Shown: positions 1-9,465 of the stretch, in pieces
Numbering within the stretch: the stretch's first letter is position 1
Layout of the letters: each line of letters opens with the position of its first letter
Assembly: GCA_021825295.1 (NCBI GenBank)
Contig: JAKAHV010000003.1
Location: 22,150-86,149 of the forward strand
Direction: 5' to 3'
Origin: Nitrospirota bacterium
GTDB taxonomy: Bacteria > Nitrospirota > Thermodesulfovibrionia > Thermodesulfovibrionales > JdFR-88
Length of the DNA stretch: 64,000 nucleotides
Notes under the pieces: model-generated
Told to the model about the DNA's origin: nothing
Seen by the model: the letters and a program-made list of their open reading frames with translations, nothing else
Database searches by the model: none
Position numbers and translations under genes: made by a program

Positions 1-2
1 TC

Positions 3-212
3 CCCTCCATAAAGCTCTACAACGCAACCAGGCATTCAATCGCCTCTCAGGCCGTCCATAACGGCGTTGACCTTTCTCTCGTTTCCCGTGCCCTCGGACA
101 CAGCTCCCTAGAGATGACAAAACGCTATGCGAGCGTAAGCGTCAGAATGCTCCGGGCAGTGGTCGATGGTGCACGTTTGGTGCAAAACGGGAAAAAGGCC
201 GATTCTAACTAA
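3..212 (+). CDS. Tyrosine recombinase/integrase, C-terminal fragment (5' part outside window)
   Basis: Manual translation from nt 3: PSIKLYNATRHSIASQAVHNGVDLSLVSRALGHSSLEMTKRYASVS...DSN*. Contains the ..RH box and the LGH-x7-Y catalytic Tyr motif. Not in the ORF track because it has no start in the window. Confidence 0.9.
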   Translation, partial: PSIKLYNATRHSIASQAVHNGVDLSLVSRALGHSSLEMTKRYASVSVRMLRAVVDGARLVQNGKKADSN

Positions 213-232
213 TTGATTTTATAAGGGAAATT

Positions 233-309
233 TGGCGGGGTGGACGGGGCTCGAACCCGCGACCTTCGGCGTGACAGGCCGACGTTCTAACCAACTGAAC
301 TACCACCCC
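233..309 (-). tRNA. tRNA-Asp (GTC)
   Basis: Reverse complement GGGGTGGTAGTTCAGTTGGTTAGAACGTCGGCCT-GTC-ACGCCGAAGGTCGCGGGTTCGAGCCCCGTCCACCCCGCCA: cloverleaf, GTTCGA T-loop, encoded CCA. Confidence 0.97.
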
Positions 310-327
310 TGGGGGTAAATATTTACA

Positions 328-403
328 TGGTAGGCGGAACAGGGATCGAACCTGTGACCTCAGCCTTGTAAGGGCTGCGCTCTCCCAATTGAGCTATCCG
401 CCC
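328..403 (-). tRNA. tRNA-Val (TAC)
   Basis: Reverse complement GGGCGGATAGCTCAATTGGGAGAGCGCAGCCCT-TAC-AAGGCTGAGGTCACAGGTTCGATCCCTGTTCCGCCTACCA. Confidence 0.97.
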
Positions 404-509
404 GGTTTTTAAAAAAAAAATTCAGCACCCTCCGGGAATTTATATTTAACACCAGGGCAGACGGGTTTGTCAAATCATCCTCGCAAATCAAGGCCGCCTG
501 CCGGGCGCA

Positions 510-1025
510 TTAAAACTCTATCCCCTCCCTCGCCTTCAGGCCGGTCTTCAGGGGGTGTTTCACGGCCTTCATGTCCGTCACGTAATCCGCCGCATTCACA
601 AGGGATTCCGGCGCGCGCCTTCCCGTCAGCACCAGCTCAACCTTCGGCGGCTTCTGCCTCATGAAGGCCAGGGCCTCAGCCTCCGTAACGAGTCCGTAGG
701 AGACCAGGTGCATGAACTCGTCCAGGACCACGAGGTCATAGCCCGGCATGAGGAGTTTCAACTGCTCCAGAGCGCCCAGCGCCCGTTCACGGAGCTGGCC
801 CAGGTCCGCGCCCGGGTGGAAGTAGGGAGAGAGGACCTCGCCGAACTTGATCACCCGCACCGTGAGTTTCTCAAGCATGGGGATTTCGCTGCCGCCAACC
901 GGCTTCATGAACTGCGAGAAGAGCACCTTCATGCCCCTGCCCTTCGCCCTCACCGCAAGGCCAACGCTGGCCGTAGTCTTCCCCTTGCCCTCCCCGGTAT
1001 ATATATGAATGAACCCTTTTTCCAT
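510..1025 (-). CDS. cobO: Cob(I)alamin adenosyltransferase (CobO/BtuR/CobA type)
   Basis: IHIYTGEGKGKTTAS P-loop, YDLVVLDE, ELVLTGR, and C-terminal KHP...AREGIEF. Confidence 0.92.
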   Translation of the reverse strand: MEKGFIHIYTGEGKGKTTASVGLAVRAKGRGMKVLFSQFMKPVGGSEIPMLEKLTVRVIKFGEVLSPYFHPGADLGQLRERALGALEQLKLLMPGYDLVVLDEFMHLVSYGLVTEAEALAFMRQKPPKVELVLTGRRAPESLVNAADYVTDMKAVKHPLKTGLKAREGIEF

Positions 1026-1121
1026 CGGAGGCGAATCTTACAGGGCAATTATAACAGATGAACCGGGCTGAGATTTTTCCGGGAAAGGAAACGAGATTTT
1101 CTCCGGAAAAGGAAACGCCTG

Positions 1122-2324
1122 TCAGGAGGCGAAGAACTCCCGCACAAGGCCCGCCACATGGCGGACATCCTCTTCCGGCATGAACGGCTCTATGGGGAGG
1201 CTCAGCACCTCTTTTACCGCCTGCTCGCTTTCGCCAAGGCTGTAGGGCCCGGCGCACCTGCCGTGGAAAACCTTCATCTTGTGCAGGGGCACCGGATAAT
1301 AGACCATCGTATCGACGCCGCGCTGCCTGAGATGGTCCTGCAGGTCGTCCCTTGCCCCGTTTCTGAGCCCGGTCCTGCGTCCGTCCGGCAGGACGCCCCT
1401 CACACGGATCGTGTATTGATTGTAGACATGGAGACCCTCGCTGGGCGCGGCCGGCAGAACGATCTCCTGCATCCCTGAAAGCGCCTCGGAGTAAATGCCC
1501 GCGACAGCGCGCCTCCCTGCGTTTAGTTCCTCTATGTGGCCGAGTTTTGAAAGAACGACCGCAGCCTGCAGGGTGTCCAGCCTCGCGTTATAACCCACGT
1601 GCTCCACGTTGTACTTGTCCCTGCCGCCGTGTTTTATGAGCATCCGGACGATGCTGTCCAGCCCGGCATCCCCGGTGGCCAGCATCCCCCCGTCCCCGAA
1701 GCCGCCCAGATTTTTGGAAGGAAAGAAGCTGAAGGCCCCGGCGTCCCCGATTGAGCCAAGCCTCCGCCCCCCAAAAACCCCTCCGAAGGCCTGGGCCACG
1801 TCTTCAACCACAAAGAGCTTGAACCGCCTGGCCAGCTCCATTATCTCTTTCATATCGCACGGACAGCCATAGAGGTGAACGGGCACTATTCCCACGGGCC
1901 GGCCGGCCCCCGATTCGAGGTAGCGCTTCAGCACGGCGGCATCCAGGTTATACGTCGCCGGGTCTATGTCTATGAAAACCGGAGTCGCGCCGGAGCGCAA
2001 AATGGCGTCCCCAGTGGCGGTGAAGGTAAAGGGCGTGGTTATTATCATATCTTCCCTGTCGAAGTATTCACGTCCGCTCTTTATGGCCAGCGCCCGCAGG
2101 GCCAGCACCAGCGCCTCCGTTCCTGAAGACGTCCCGACACAGTGCGCCGCCCCAAGATATGCGCCGGCTTTTTCCTCCAGCTCGCGCACCTCCGGCCCGA
2201 ATATCCATCTCTGATGGTCCAGGCACCTCGTTATCGCCCGGTCGACGTCCTCTTTCATCCGTTCGTACTCCAACCTGAGATCCAGCATGGGGATCATCCT
2301 TCTCTGCGCGGTCTGTGCCTTCAT
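1122..2324 (-). CDS. DegT/DnrJ/EryC1/StrS aminotransferase (WbpE-like)
   Basis: [30 protein letters not shown] (PLP lysine), GYNARLD; overlaps the stop of the WbpB/WbpD-like gene. Confidence 0.92.
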   Translation of the reverse strand: MKAQTAQRRMIPMLDLRLEYERMKEDVDRAITRCLDHQRWIFGPEVRELEEKAGAYLGAAHCVGTSSGTEALVLALRALAIKSGREYFDREDMIITTPFTFTATGDAILRSGATPVFIDIDPATYNLDAAVLKRYLESGAGRPVGIVPVHLYGCPCDMKEIMELARRFKLFVVEDVAQAFGGVFGGRRLGSIGDAGAFSFFPSKNLGGFGDGGMLATGDAGLDSIVRMLIKHGGRDKYNVEHVGYNARLDTLQAAVVLSKLGHIEELNAGRRAVAGIYSEALSGMQEIVLPAAPSEGLHVYNQYTIRVRGVLPDGRRTGLRNGARDDLQDHLRQRGVDTMVYYPVPLHKMKVFHGRCAGPYSLGESEQAVKEVLSLPIEPFMPEEDVRHVAGLVREFFAS

Positions 2325-3913
2325 ATCATCTCCTCTATAGGGACGAGTTTTTCATCCTTCCGGCCGTCAATGCTCAACTCGTAGGTGCTGCCGCACTGGG
2401 CGCACACGCCCCGTTTTTTTTCATCGAACCCCTTGAGCGTGGCGCCGCATTTGCAGACCCAGCCGATCCTCCTGGCGGGAACCCCGGCATACAGGGCGTA
2501 AGCCGGCACGTCTTCCCTTACAAGCGCCCCGGCCCCTATAAAGGCATACTCCCCTATCGTTGTGCCGCACACAATAGTGGCGTTTGCGCCCACCGTGGCC
2601 CCCTTTTTAACGAGCGTCTCCCGGAATTCCCTTTTCCTCTCGATGAACGCCCTCGGGTTGTACACGTTTGTAAAAACAGAGGACGGGCCGCAGAAGACGC
2701 CGTCTTCCAGCCTGACGCCCTTGTAGAGCGAGACGTTGTTCTGGAGCTTACAGCCCTCGCCTATGGTCACATCCGGCCCGATCATCACGTTTTGGCCTAT
2801 GGTGCAGTTTTTCCCGATCTTCGTGCCCGAAAGCACATGGCTGAAATGCCAGATCCTCGTGCCGGGGCCTATCTCGGCCCCGGTGTCGATAAAGGCGCTT
2901 TCGTGGGTGAAATACGCCTGCCCCCCCGAACTTATCCGTCCCCCTCCCGAGAGGGACCTTTCGGCGGCCTCGAGGATCTGTAGCACCTTCAGGCCCTCCT
3001 CTCCGTCGGTAACGGGCCTCCGCCTGCCCCTGACGCACTCTATGAAGTGGCTGAGCTCGGCCTTCAGAGGCTCCTGCCTTTCAAAGGGTATGACGGAGAA
3101 GTCGGCCCGCCTTGCAACCGGTATCTTGCCTTCCTCCCAGTCGATCTGGTGCGGATAGAGAAAGAGTTTTTCCTCGCTTACATCATCAAAGACGGCCATG
3201 GCCTTCGATCCGACCACTATCAGCTTCTGCTCCTTGAAGGGGTTTAGCCAGCTTACGAAGATATGCCCCTTGATGCCGTTTTTAAACTCAAGCGTCGTGA
3301 GCGTTATGTCGGAGACTCCCCTGTTCAGGTAGTCGCCGCCGAAGGCCGACACCGAGGAAGGCTCCATTCCGGTAAGAAAGAGCATCACACTGATGTCGTG
3401 AGGGGCGAAGCTCCACCAGATGTTCTCCTCGGTCCTCAGCTTGCCGATGTTCAGCCGGTTTGAATATATGTACTGGACCTTCCCCAGCCCGCCCGAATCG
3501 ATCAGTTCCTTGAGCTTCGCGACTGCCGGATGGTACCGGAGTATATGCCCCACCATCAGGAGCCTGCCCAGCCTGCCGGCAAGTTCCACAAGCTCCATCC
3601 CCTGCCTGACCGTAAGAGAAAGCGGCTTTTCCACAAAGATGTCCTTACCCGCGCGCAGCGCCCTCACGGCAAATTCGTGATGCGTAGCGGCCGGAGTGGC
3701 AATGGCTACGGCCTTTATCTCCGGGTCGTCAAAGATGCAGTCGAATGTGGATGAATAGGCCGGTCCCGGATACATGCGGCCATGCTTTTCAAGCACGGCG
3801 GGGTTTTGATCGCAGGCGGCGCGCAGCACACCCATTTCATGGAAGTTCCTCAGGAGATTTTTGCCCCAGTAGCCCAGCCCCAGAAGGCCTATGAATCCGC
3901 CGTTATTCGCCAT
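2321..3913 (-). CDS. Fused Gfo/Idh/MocA dehydrogenase (WbpB-like) and hexapeptide-repeat N-acetyltransferase (WbpD-like)
   Basis: N-terminal GLGYWG, EKP and PHD motifs. C-terminal [44 protein letters not shown]. Confidence 0.9.
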   Translation of the reverse strand: MANNGGFIGLLGLGYWGKNLLRNFHEMGVLRAACDQNPAVLEKHGRMYPGPAYSSTFDCIFDDPEIKAVAIATPAATHHEFAVRALRAGKDIFVEKPLSLTVRQGMELVELAGRLGRLLMVGHILRYHPAVAKLKELIDSGGLGKVQYIYSNRLNIGKLRTEENIWWSFAPHDISVMLFLTGMEPSSVSAFGGDYLNRGVSDITLTTLEFKNGIKGHIFVSWLNPFKEQKLIVVGSKAMAVFDDVSEEKLFLYPHQIDWEEGKIPVARRADFSVIPFERQEPLKAELSHFIECVRGRRRPVTDGEEGLKVLQILEAAERSLSGGGRISSGGQAYFTHESAFIDTGAEIGPGTRIWHFSHVLSGTKIGKNCTIGQNVMIGPDVTIGEGCKLQNNVSLYKGVRLEDGVFCGPSSVFTNVYNPRAFIERKREFRETLVKKGATVGANATIVCGTTIGEYAFIGAGALVREDVPAYALYAGVPARRIGWVCKCGATLKGFDEKKRGVCAQCGSTYELSIDGRKDEKLVPIEEMI

Positions 3914-4130
3914 TTTTCACCTGTTGTTCCTCTGAAGTGAATTGAATTGTCTTTGACGAACTTTGAACGCCCCGGGATTCTTGTATAAGACTAGCAGCAA
4001 ATGAGGGGATGCGCAACAGGCTTGCCGGCAAATGGGAAGAGGGCCCCGGATGCCCTCGGGCACCCCGGAATCCCCCGCGGCAAAACGCTTAAAAAAACGC
4101 TTTCCGGGAGAAAATCAGGCGGATGCTACT

Positions 4131-4535
4131 TCATTTTTCCGGATCGGCGGGCTTGCCGGCCATGGCGGCCATTACAGCCCTGCCCGGGAAAAGCCAGCAG
4201 GCCAGCCTGGAGCGCGACTTAAGGTAAAAAAGGGCCGTCACGGCCCCGGCGTTTATGAAACCAACCATGGTGGCCAGGCTGATGCCCCAGGCCGCCAGCC
4301 TCTCCTCCTGCACGGAACGCCCCACCAGGTACAGCGTCAGCGCCGCGGAGCATAAAAGGCCGATGGCTATGCCGTCCCGGTAAGGATGGGAGACCTTCCC
4401 CCGCGCCCGGTGAGTCATGTAGAAATAGAGTGACAGAGGGATGAAGCTCAAAGCGAGTGTAAGAAGCGGCACCGTTACCCACAACACAAGCATGCAAGCC
4501 ATGTCAAATTCCCCCGTAAAATAAAAAAAAAGCAC
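4131..4535 (-). CDS. Hypothetical membrane protein (start may be ATG at 4502)
   Basis: ORF with about three hydrophobic segments; no recognisable family. Confidence 0.45.
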   Translation of the reverse strand: MLFFYFTGEFDMACMLVLWVTVPLLTLALSFIPLSLYFYMTHRARGKVSHPYRDGIAIGLLCSAALTLYLVGRSVQEERLAAWGISLATMVGFINAGAVTALFYLKSRSRLACWLFPGRAVMAAMAGKPADPEK

Positions 4536-4569
4536 GGCAGGGCTGATAGCCTTACGCTTCTACCCTACC
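4523..4569 (-). terminator. Probable intrinsic terminator downstream of tRNA-Arg
   Basis: Minus strand GGTAGGGT...GCCCTGCC hairpin followed by GTGC and a T8 tract. Confidence 0.45.
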
Positions 4570-4644
4570 TTAATCGGACCCATAAATTCCAGTGTCAATT
4601 CCCAGGCATCAGGCGGGCTTATTATTGGAATTTCATGGAATTCC

Positions 4645-4721
4645 TGGTGCCCCCTGCAGGAATCGAACCTGCGACACCAGGTTTAGGAAACCTGTGCTCT
4701 ATCCTACTGAGCTAAGGGGGC
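4645..4721 (-). tRNA. tRNA-Arg (CCT)
   Basis: Reverse complement GCCCCCTTAGCTCAGTAGGATAGAGCACAGGTTT-CCT-AAACCTGGTGTCGCAGGTTCGATTCCTGCAGGGGGCACCA. Confidence 0.96.
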
Positions 4722-4775
4722 TCCGAATATATTAGCAAAAAAGATCCCCTTTCGTCCAGAAAACCCGGCGCCAGC

Positions 4776-4994
4776 GCCAAGGGCCTTCTTCAGATTTGTG
4801 GGGCAAGGCGGGGCATCTGCCAGTTCCTTCCGTTCAGCGCGCGGTTCCGGGCGTAAGTCCCGCCGCGGCGGGATTGCCGCTAAGGGCGAATATCAAGTCA
4901 TTGTTAAGATGCGGCCCGCCGTATCCGTCCGCTCTTCGCTTCTCTCCAGAAACAGGCAGATACCAGCCCCGCAAATCCGAAGAAAGCCCTTGGC
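4776..4994. repeat. Structured intergenic repeat family, copy 1
   Basis: Outer IR GCCAAGGGCCTTCTTCAGATTTGTGGGGC / GCCCCGCAAATCCGAAGAAAGCCCTTGGC; inner arms at about 4812-4827 and 4949-4964. Core GCGCGGTTCCGGGCGT...AGGGCGAAT...ATCCGTCCGC is shared with the copies at 39 kb and 59 kb. Confidence 0.8.
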
Positions 4995-5053
4995 CCTAAA
5001 AAGCCCCGGGGATGGTTTTTAAGGCGACCTAAACCTGTAGTTTTAATTTTTAC

Positions 5054-5083
5054 TTGACTTGTACATGGTAATTGAAGTATAAA
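5054..5083 (+). promoter_or_regulatory. sigma70-type promoter of nuo operon (probably leaderless)
   Basis: TTGACT-N18-TATAAA, ending 8 nt before the nuoA ATG, with no Shine-Dalgarno sequence. Confidence 0.6.
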
Positions 5084-5091
5084 AAAACATT

Positions 5092-5460
5092 ATGTCCAGT
5101 TACGGGCTGCCCCAATATCTTCCGATCTTCGTTCTAATGCTCATATCCCTGGCTTTCGGGCTGGGTTCCCTTCTTGTCGGCATGCTTGTGAGGCCACGGC
5201 GCCCGTACCGCGAGAAACTCCTGCCGTATGAATCGGGCAATCCGCCGGTCGGCGAGCCCCGCTACAGGTTTTCCGTCAAGTTCTATATCATAGCCATGCT
5301 TTTCGTCATCTTTGATGTCGAGGCCATTTTCCTTTATCCTTGGGCCATAACCTTTGACAAGCTGGGCCTTTATGCGTTTGTGGAAATGGTGCTATTTATA
5401 GCAATCCTGCTGGTGGGGTACATCTATGCCTGGAAAAAAGAAGCCTTCCGATGGGAGTGA
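5092..5460 (+). CDS. nuoA: NADH-quinone oxidoreductase subunit A
   Basis: [25 protein letters not shown], ends in WE; three TM segments. Confidence 0.96.
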   Translation: MSSYGLPQYLPIFVLMLISLAFGLGSLLVGMLVRPRRPYREKLLPYESGNPPVGEPRYRFSVKFYIIAMLFVIFDVEAIFLYPWAITFDKLGLYAFVEMVLFIAILLVGYIYAWKKEAFRWE

Positions 5461-5986
5461 AACAAGGCTGCTAACCGGCAACGCCGGAGTGGTCGAGCTT
5501 GAAGCGGGGCTCAAGGTCATCCCTGGAGCCAATACGATCATTGCCTCTCTTGACAAGCTGGTAAACTGGGGCAGGCAGTCATCCCTCTGGCCCATGACGT
5601 TCGGGCTCGCGTGCTGCGCCATAGAGATGATGACCACCGGCTCCTCCCATTACGACCTTGACAGACTGGGCGTAATATTCAGGGGCTCCCCGAGGCAGGC
5701 GGACTTCGTCATAATCGCCGGCACCGTAACCAAGAAGATGGCCCCCATAGTGCGCCGGGTCTACGACCAGATGCCGGAGCCCAGGTACGTCATCTCGATG
5801 GGGAGCTGCGCGTGCTCGGGCGGCATCTTCAATACATACAGCACGGTGCAGGGCGTGGACACCTTCCTGCCGGTGGATGTCTACATACCCGGTTGCCCTC
5901 CGAGACCTGAAGCGCTCCTGGAGGGCATAATCAAGCTTCAGGAAAAGATAAAAAAGGAGCAATTAAGGTGGAGCCCCTTCAGATAG
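5426..5986 (+). CDS. nuoG-associated nuoB: NADH-quinone oxidoreductase subunit B (start uncertain)
   Basis: [27 protein letters not shown] and [10 protein letters not shown] (N2 cluster ligands). Confidence 0.93.
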   Translation: MPGKKKPSDGSETRLLTGNAGVVELEAGLKVIPGANTIIASLDKLVNWGRQSSLWPMTFGLACCAIEMMTTGSSHYDLDRLGVIFRGSPRQADFVIIAGTVTKKMAPIVRRVYDQMPEPRYVISMGSCACSGGIFNTYSTVQGVDTFLPVDVYIPGCPPRPEALLEGIIKLQEKIKKEQLRWSPFR

Positions 5987-6507
5987 CGGAAAAGATCAAG
6001 GAGACCTTCCCGGACGAGGTTGCGGCCGTTTCCCAGTTCCGCGACCAGGTCTCGGTGCACCTTAAAAAAGACCGTATCTTCGAAATCTGCCAATATCTGC
6101 ACGATACGCCGGAGCTGGACTTCGACTACCTGGTGGACGTCTGCGGCGTCGATTACCTTGGGAAAAAGACGCCGCGCTTCGAGGTCGTCTACCACATGTA
6201 TTCCATAGCGCAGAGGCATTTCATCAGGCTGAGGGCCCAGGTGCCCGAGGAAGAACCCGTAATCCGGTCCGTGGTGCCTGTCTGGAGGGGGGCGGACTGG
6301 CATGAGAGGGAATGCTTCGACATGATGGGCATACGGTTTGAAGGCCATCCGGACTTAAGAAGGATACTGCTGCCGGAGGACTGGGTGGGCCACCCCTTGA
6401 GAAAAGATTATCCCGTTGAGGGGTATTCGGGAGAGGAAGACTGGGCCGGCTACAGGGAAGTAGTTGAAAAGTCGAAAAAACTCAAGGAGTTTGAATGGGG
6501 GAGATAG
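5968..6507 (+). CDS. nuoC: NADH-quinone oxidoreductase subunit C
   Basis: [40 protein letters not shown]. Confidence 0.96.
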   Translation: MEPLQIAEKIKETFPDEVAAVSQFRDQVSVHLKKDRIFEICQYLHDTPELDFDYLVDVCGVDYLGKKTPRFEVVYHMYSIAQRHFIRLRAQVPEEEPVIRSVVPVWRGADWHERECFDMMGIRFEGHPDLRRILLPEDWVGHPLRKDYPVEGYSGEEDWAGYREVVEKSKKLKEFEWGR

Positions 6508-7721
6508 AAAAGGAGACACCGGGCGCAAACGGCGACGGTAAAAATCTGAGCACGCAGGAGCTCACGCTCAGCATGGGCCCCCAGCATCCCGCCACACACG
6601 GGGTCCTCAGGCTTGTGCTGGAACTGGACGGCGAGACCGTCACCAAATGCACCCCTTATGTCGGCTACCTCCACAGGGGGGTCGAGAAACTAGGCGAAAA
6701 CAGAACTTATCTTTCGGCCCTGCCGCTTTCCGACCGGCTGGACTACATATCCTCCATGGCAAACAACGTTGGCTACGTTAACGCGGTCGAAAAACTCTTC
6801 GGCATAGAGGCCCCCGAAAGGGCCAAGTACATCCGGACCATAATGGCCGAGATGACGAGGATATCGAGCCACATAATATGGGTCGCCACGCACGCCCTCG
6901 ACATTGGCGCGATGACCGTCTTTCTCTATTCCTTCAGGGAGCGGGAATGGCTGCTGGATCTGTTTGAGATGACCTGCGGGGCCAGGCTCACCGTGAGCTA
7001 TCCAAGAATAGGGGGGGTAAGAAACGATGTCTCCCAGCAGTTCCTGGACAGCCTCTATGAGTTCACGGAGGAGTTCCCCCGAAGGATATCCGAGTACGAG
7101 ACCCTCATAGACCAAAACCGCATCTGGCTTAAAAGGACGAAGGGCATAGGCGTCATCTCCGCGAAGGAGGCCATGAACTGGGGCCTTACCGGCGCGACGC
7201 TGCGCGGCTCCGGCGTGAACTACGACGTAAGAAAGGCCTTCCCCTACGATGCCTACGACAAGGTGGAATTCGATGTGCCGCTGGGCACCGAGGGCGACGT
7301 CTACGACAGATACCGCTGCAGGATGGAGGAGCTGCGCCAGTCAAACCGCATCATAAGGCAGTGCATCGAGCAGTTGCCGAAGGGCCCCATACTGGCGCCC
7401 GAGGCGTCGAAATTTGTCCTCCCTCCAAAGGAAAACCTGTTTAAGAACATGGAGCCTCTTATCCATCATTTCGTGCTCCTCACGAAAGGGCCGCTCACCG
7501 CGCCGGAGGGCGAGATATACTGCGGCAGCGAGGTGCCGAAGGGCGAACTGGGCTTCTACATAGTGAGCGACGGCACCGGCAAACCCTACAGGATGAGGGT
7601 AAGGGCGCCCTCCTTCGTGCATGCATCGGTGCTGCCCAGGCTCTGTGAAGGCGGACTGGTCGCCGACGTGATAGCCAACATAGGGACCATAGACATCGTT
7701 CTCGGGGAATGCGACAGATGA
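6495..7721 (+). CDS. nuoD: NADH-quinone oxidoreductase subunit D
   Basis: [41 protein letters not shown]. Confidence 0.97.
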   Translation: MGEIEKETPGANGDGKNLSTQELTLSMGPQHPATHGVLRLVLELDGETVTKCTPYVGYLHRGVEKLGENRTYLSALPLSDRLDYISSMANNVGYVNAVEKLFGIEAPERAKYIRTIMAEMTRISSHIIWVATHALDIGAMTVFLYSFREREWLLDLFEMTCGARLTVSYPRIGGVRNDVSQQFLDSLYEFTEEFPRRISEYETLIDQNRIWLKRTKGIGVISAKEAMNWGLTGATLRGSGVNYDVRKAFPYDAYDKVEFDVPLGTEGDVYDRYRCRMEELRQSNRIIRQCIEQLPKGPILAPEASKFVLPPKENLFKNMEPLIHHFVLLTKGPLTAPEGEIYCGSEVPKGELGFYIVSDGTGKPYRMRVRAPSFVHASVLPRLCEGGLVADVIANIGTIDIVLGECDR

Positions 7722-8194
7722 GTCCCGCGCCGTCAGCCGAAAAACCGCTGGCCGGACTGGAAGAGATAAAAAAAAATTACCCGGCATCCAGCGCGGCGCT
7801 CATGCCCGCTCTCTACGAGGCCCGGAGGCAGTTCGGATGGCTCAGTCCCGAGGCCCTCTCGGCCGTTGCTGACGCGCTGAACCTGCCGAAGGCTGCGGTC
7901 AGAAGCACAGCCAGTTTCTACGGCATGTTCAACCAGGGAAAGACAGGCAGGCACCTGGTCCGCATCTGCACGAATGTTGCCTGCATGGTCCTCGGGGCCG
8001 GCAGCGTGCTTGAGAAGCTGGAGGCCCGCTACGGCCTCACGCCAGGGGGGACGAGCCGGGACGGGCGCTTCTCGCTTGCGGTCACTGAATGCATCGGGGC
8101 CTGCGACAAGGGGCCGGCGATGCTCGTAGACGACGACATGCATACGGATTTGACGGGGGAAAGGATAACAGAAGTCCTGGAGCGCTACGAGTAA
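7718..8194 (+). CDS. nuoE: NADH-quinone oxidoreductase subunit E
   Basis: CTNVAC...CIGAC [2Fe-2S] ligands; ATG at 7718 overlaps the nuoD stop. Confidence 0.93.
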   Translation: MSPAPSAEKPLAGLEEIKKNYPASSAALMPALYEARRQFGWLSPEALSAVADALNLPKAAVRSTASFYGMFNQGKTGRHLVRICTNVACMVLGAGSVLEKLEARYGLTPGGTSRDGRFSLAVTECIGACDKGPAMLVDDDMHTDLTGERITEVLERYE

Positions 8195-9433
8195 ATGATA
8201 AAATACCTTCTGGGCAACATCGATAACCCCAACGCTGCCGAGATTGAGGAGTACGAAAAGGCGGGCGGGTATCGGGCGCTCACGAAGGCCCTGTCGATGG
8301 AGCCGGAGGATGTCATCGGGGAAGTAAGGAAATCCGGCCTCAGGGGAAGGGGCGGGGCTGGTTTCCCCACCGGGATGAAGTGGATGTTCGCCGCAAACGA
8401 CCCGAAATTCCCCAAATACGTAATCTGCAACGCCGACGAGGGCGAGCCTGGCACCTTCAAGGACAGACACATACTGGAGAAAAACCCCCACGTCCTGATA
8501 GAGGGCATGGCGATCGCCGTACACGCGCTGAAGGCTGAGCGCGGCTATATCTATCTGAGAGGCGAATACCCGGAGGCGGAAAAGTCGCTGCAGAAGGCCA
8601 TAAACGATGCGTACCGCAAGGGATACCTGGGGTTCCCCCTCCATATCCACCGGGGCGCGGGCGCCTATATCTGCGGCGAGGAGACGGCCCTCATAGAGTC
8701 GCTGGAAGGCAAAAGAGGACAGCCCAGGCTGAAACCGCCTTTCCCCGTCAATGCGGGATTTTTTGGTGGACCGACGGTCATAAATAACGTGGAGACCCTC
8801 GCCAACCTGCCCTTCATCATGGCAAGCGGGGCGGACTCATACCTTAAGATAGGGAGCCCGGAGTGCCCGGGCAACAAACTGTTTCCGGTAAGCGGCCATG
8901 TGGAGAGGCCGGGCGTATTCGAGCTGCCGATGGGGACCACCCTGAGGGAAATCATATACGAGCACGCCGGGGGCATCAAAAACGGCAGGGCGTTGAAGGC
9001 CGTCATCCCGGGGGGAATATCCGCCCCGGTGCTGCCGCCGGACAAGATCGACTGCCCGATGGATTTCGTCTCGGTCCAGAAATATGGCAGCATGCTCGGC
9101 TCCGGGGCCGTGATGGTTTTTGCCGAGGGCACATGCCTGGTGAAGGTGGCCTGGCGGGCACTGAAATTCTTTGAACACGAGTCATGCGGCAAGTGCACCC
9201 CCTGCCGCGAGGGTACGGGCTGGCTCAGGTCCATACTGGAGAGGATCGAAAACGGACAGGGGCGCGAGGGCGACATAGAACTCATGGAAGACGTGGCCGG
9301 CAATATCGCCGGAAACACTTTCTGCCCGCTGGGTGACGGCGCCGCCAGCGTGGCCCTCAATTTCATCAGGCATTTCAGGAGCGAGTTCGAGGACCATATC
9401 GGGACGGACTGCCGCAAGATGGCGGTCCTCTAA
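8195..9433 (+). CDS. nuoF: NADH-quinone oxidoreductase subunit F
   Basis: GLRGRGGAGFPTGMKW, NADEGEPGTFKDR, YICGEETAL, ESCGKCTPCREG, TFCPLG. Confidence 0.96.
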   Translation: MIKYLLGNIDNPNAAEIEEYEKAGGYRALTKALSMEPEDVIGEVRKSGLRGRGGAGFPTGMKWMFAANDPKFPKYVICNADEGEPGTFKDRHILEKNPHVLIEGMAIAVHALKAERGYIYLRGEYPEAEKSLQKAINDAYRKGYLGFPLHIHRGAGAYICGEETALIESLEGKRGQPRLKPPFPVNAGFFGGPTVINNVETLANLPFIMASGADSYLKIGSPECPGNKLFPVSGHVERPGVFELPMGTTLREIIYEHAGGIKNGRALKAVIPGGISAPVLPPDKIDCPMDFVSVQKYGSMLGSGAVMVFAEGTCLVKVAWRALKFFEHESCGKCTPCREGTGWLRSILERIENGQGREGDIELMEDVAGNIAGNTFCPLGDGAASVALNFIRHFRSEFEDHIGTDCRKMAVL

Positions 9434-9465
9434 GGGACAGCTTTAAACAGGTACAAATACTTCCG

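Noticed and set aside
4538-4570. GCTGATAGCCTTAC resembling the 3' part of a fluoride riboswitch
   Set aside because: The 5' GGNGATGG element is missing; the segment is better explained as a minus-strand terminator.
3914-4645. Possible genomic island at the tRNA-Arg(CCT) 3' end
   Set aside because: No integrase, and no duplicated tRNA 3' end found by eye; only one hypothetical gene.
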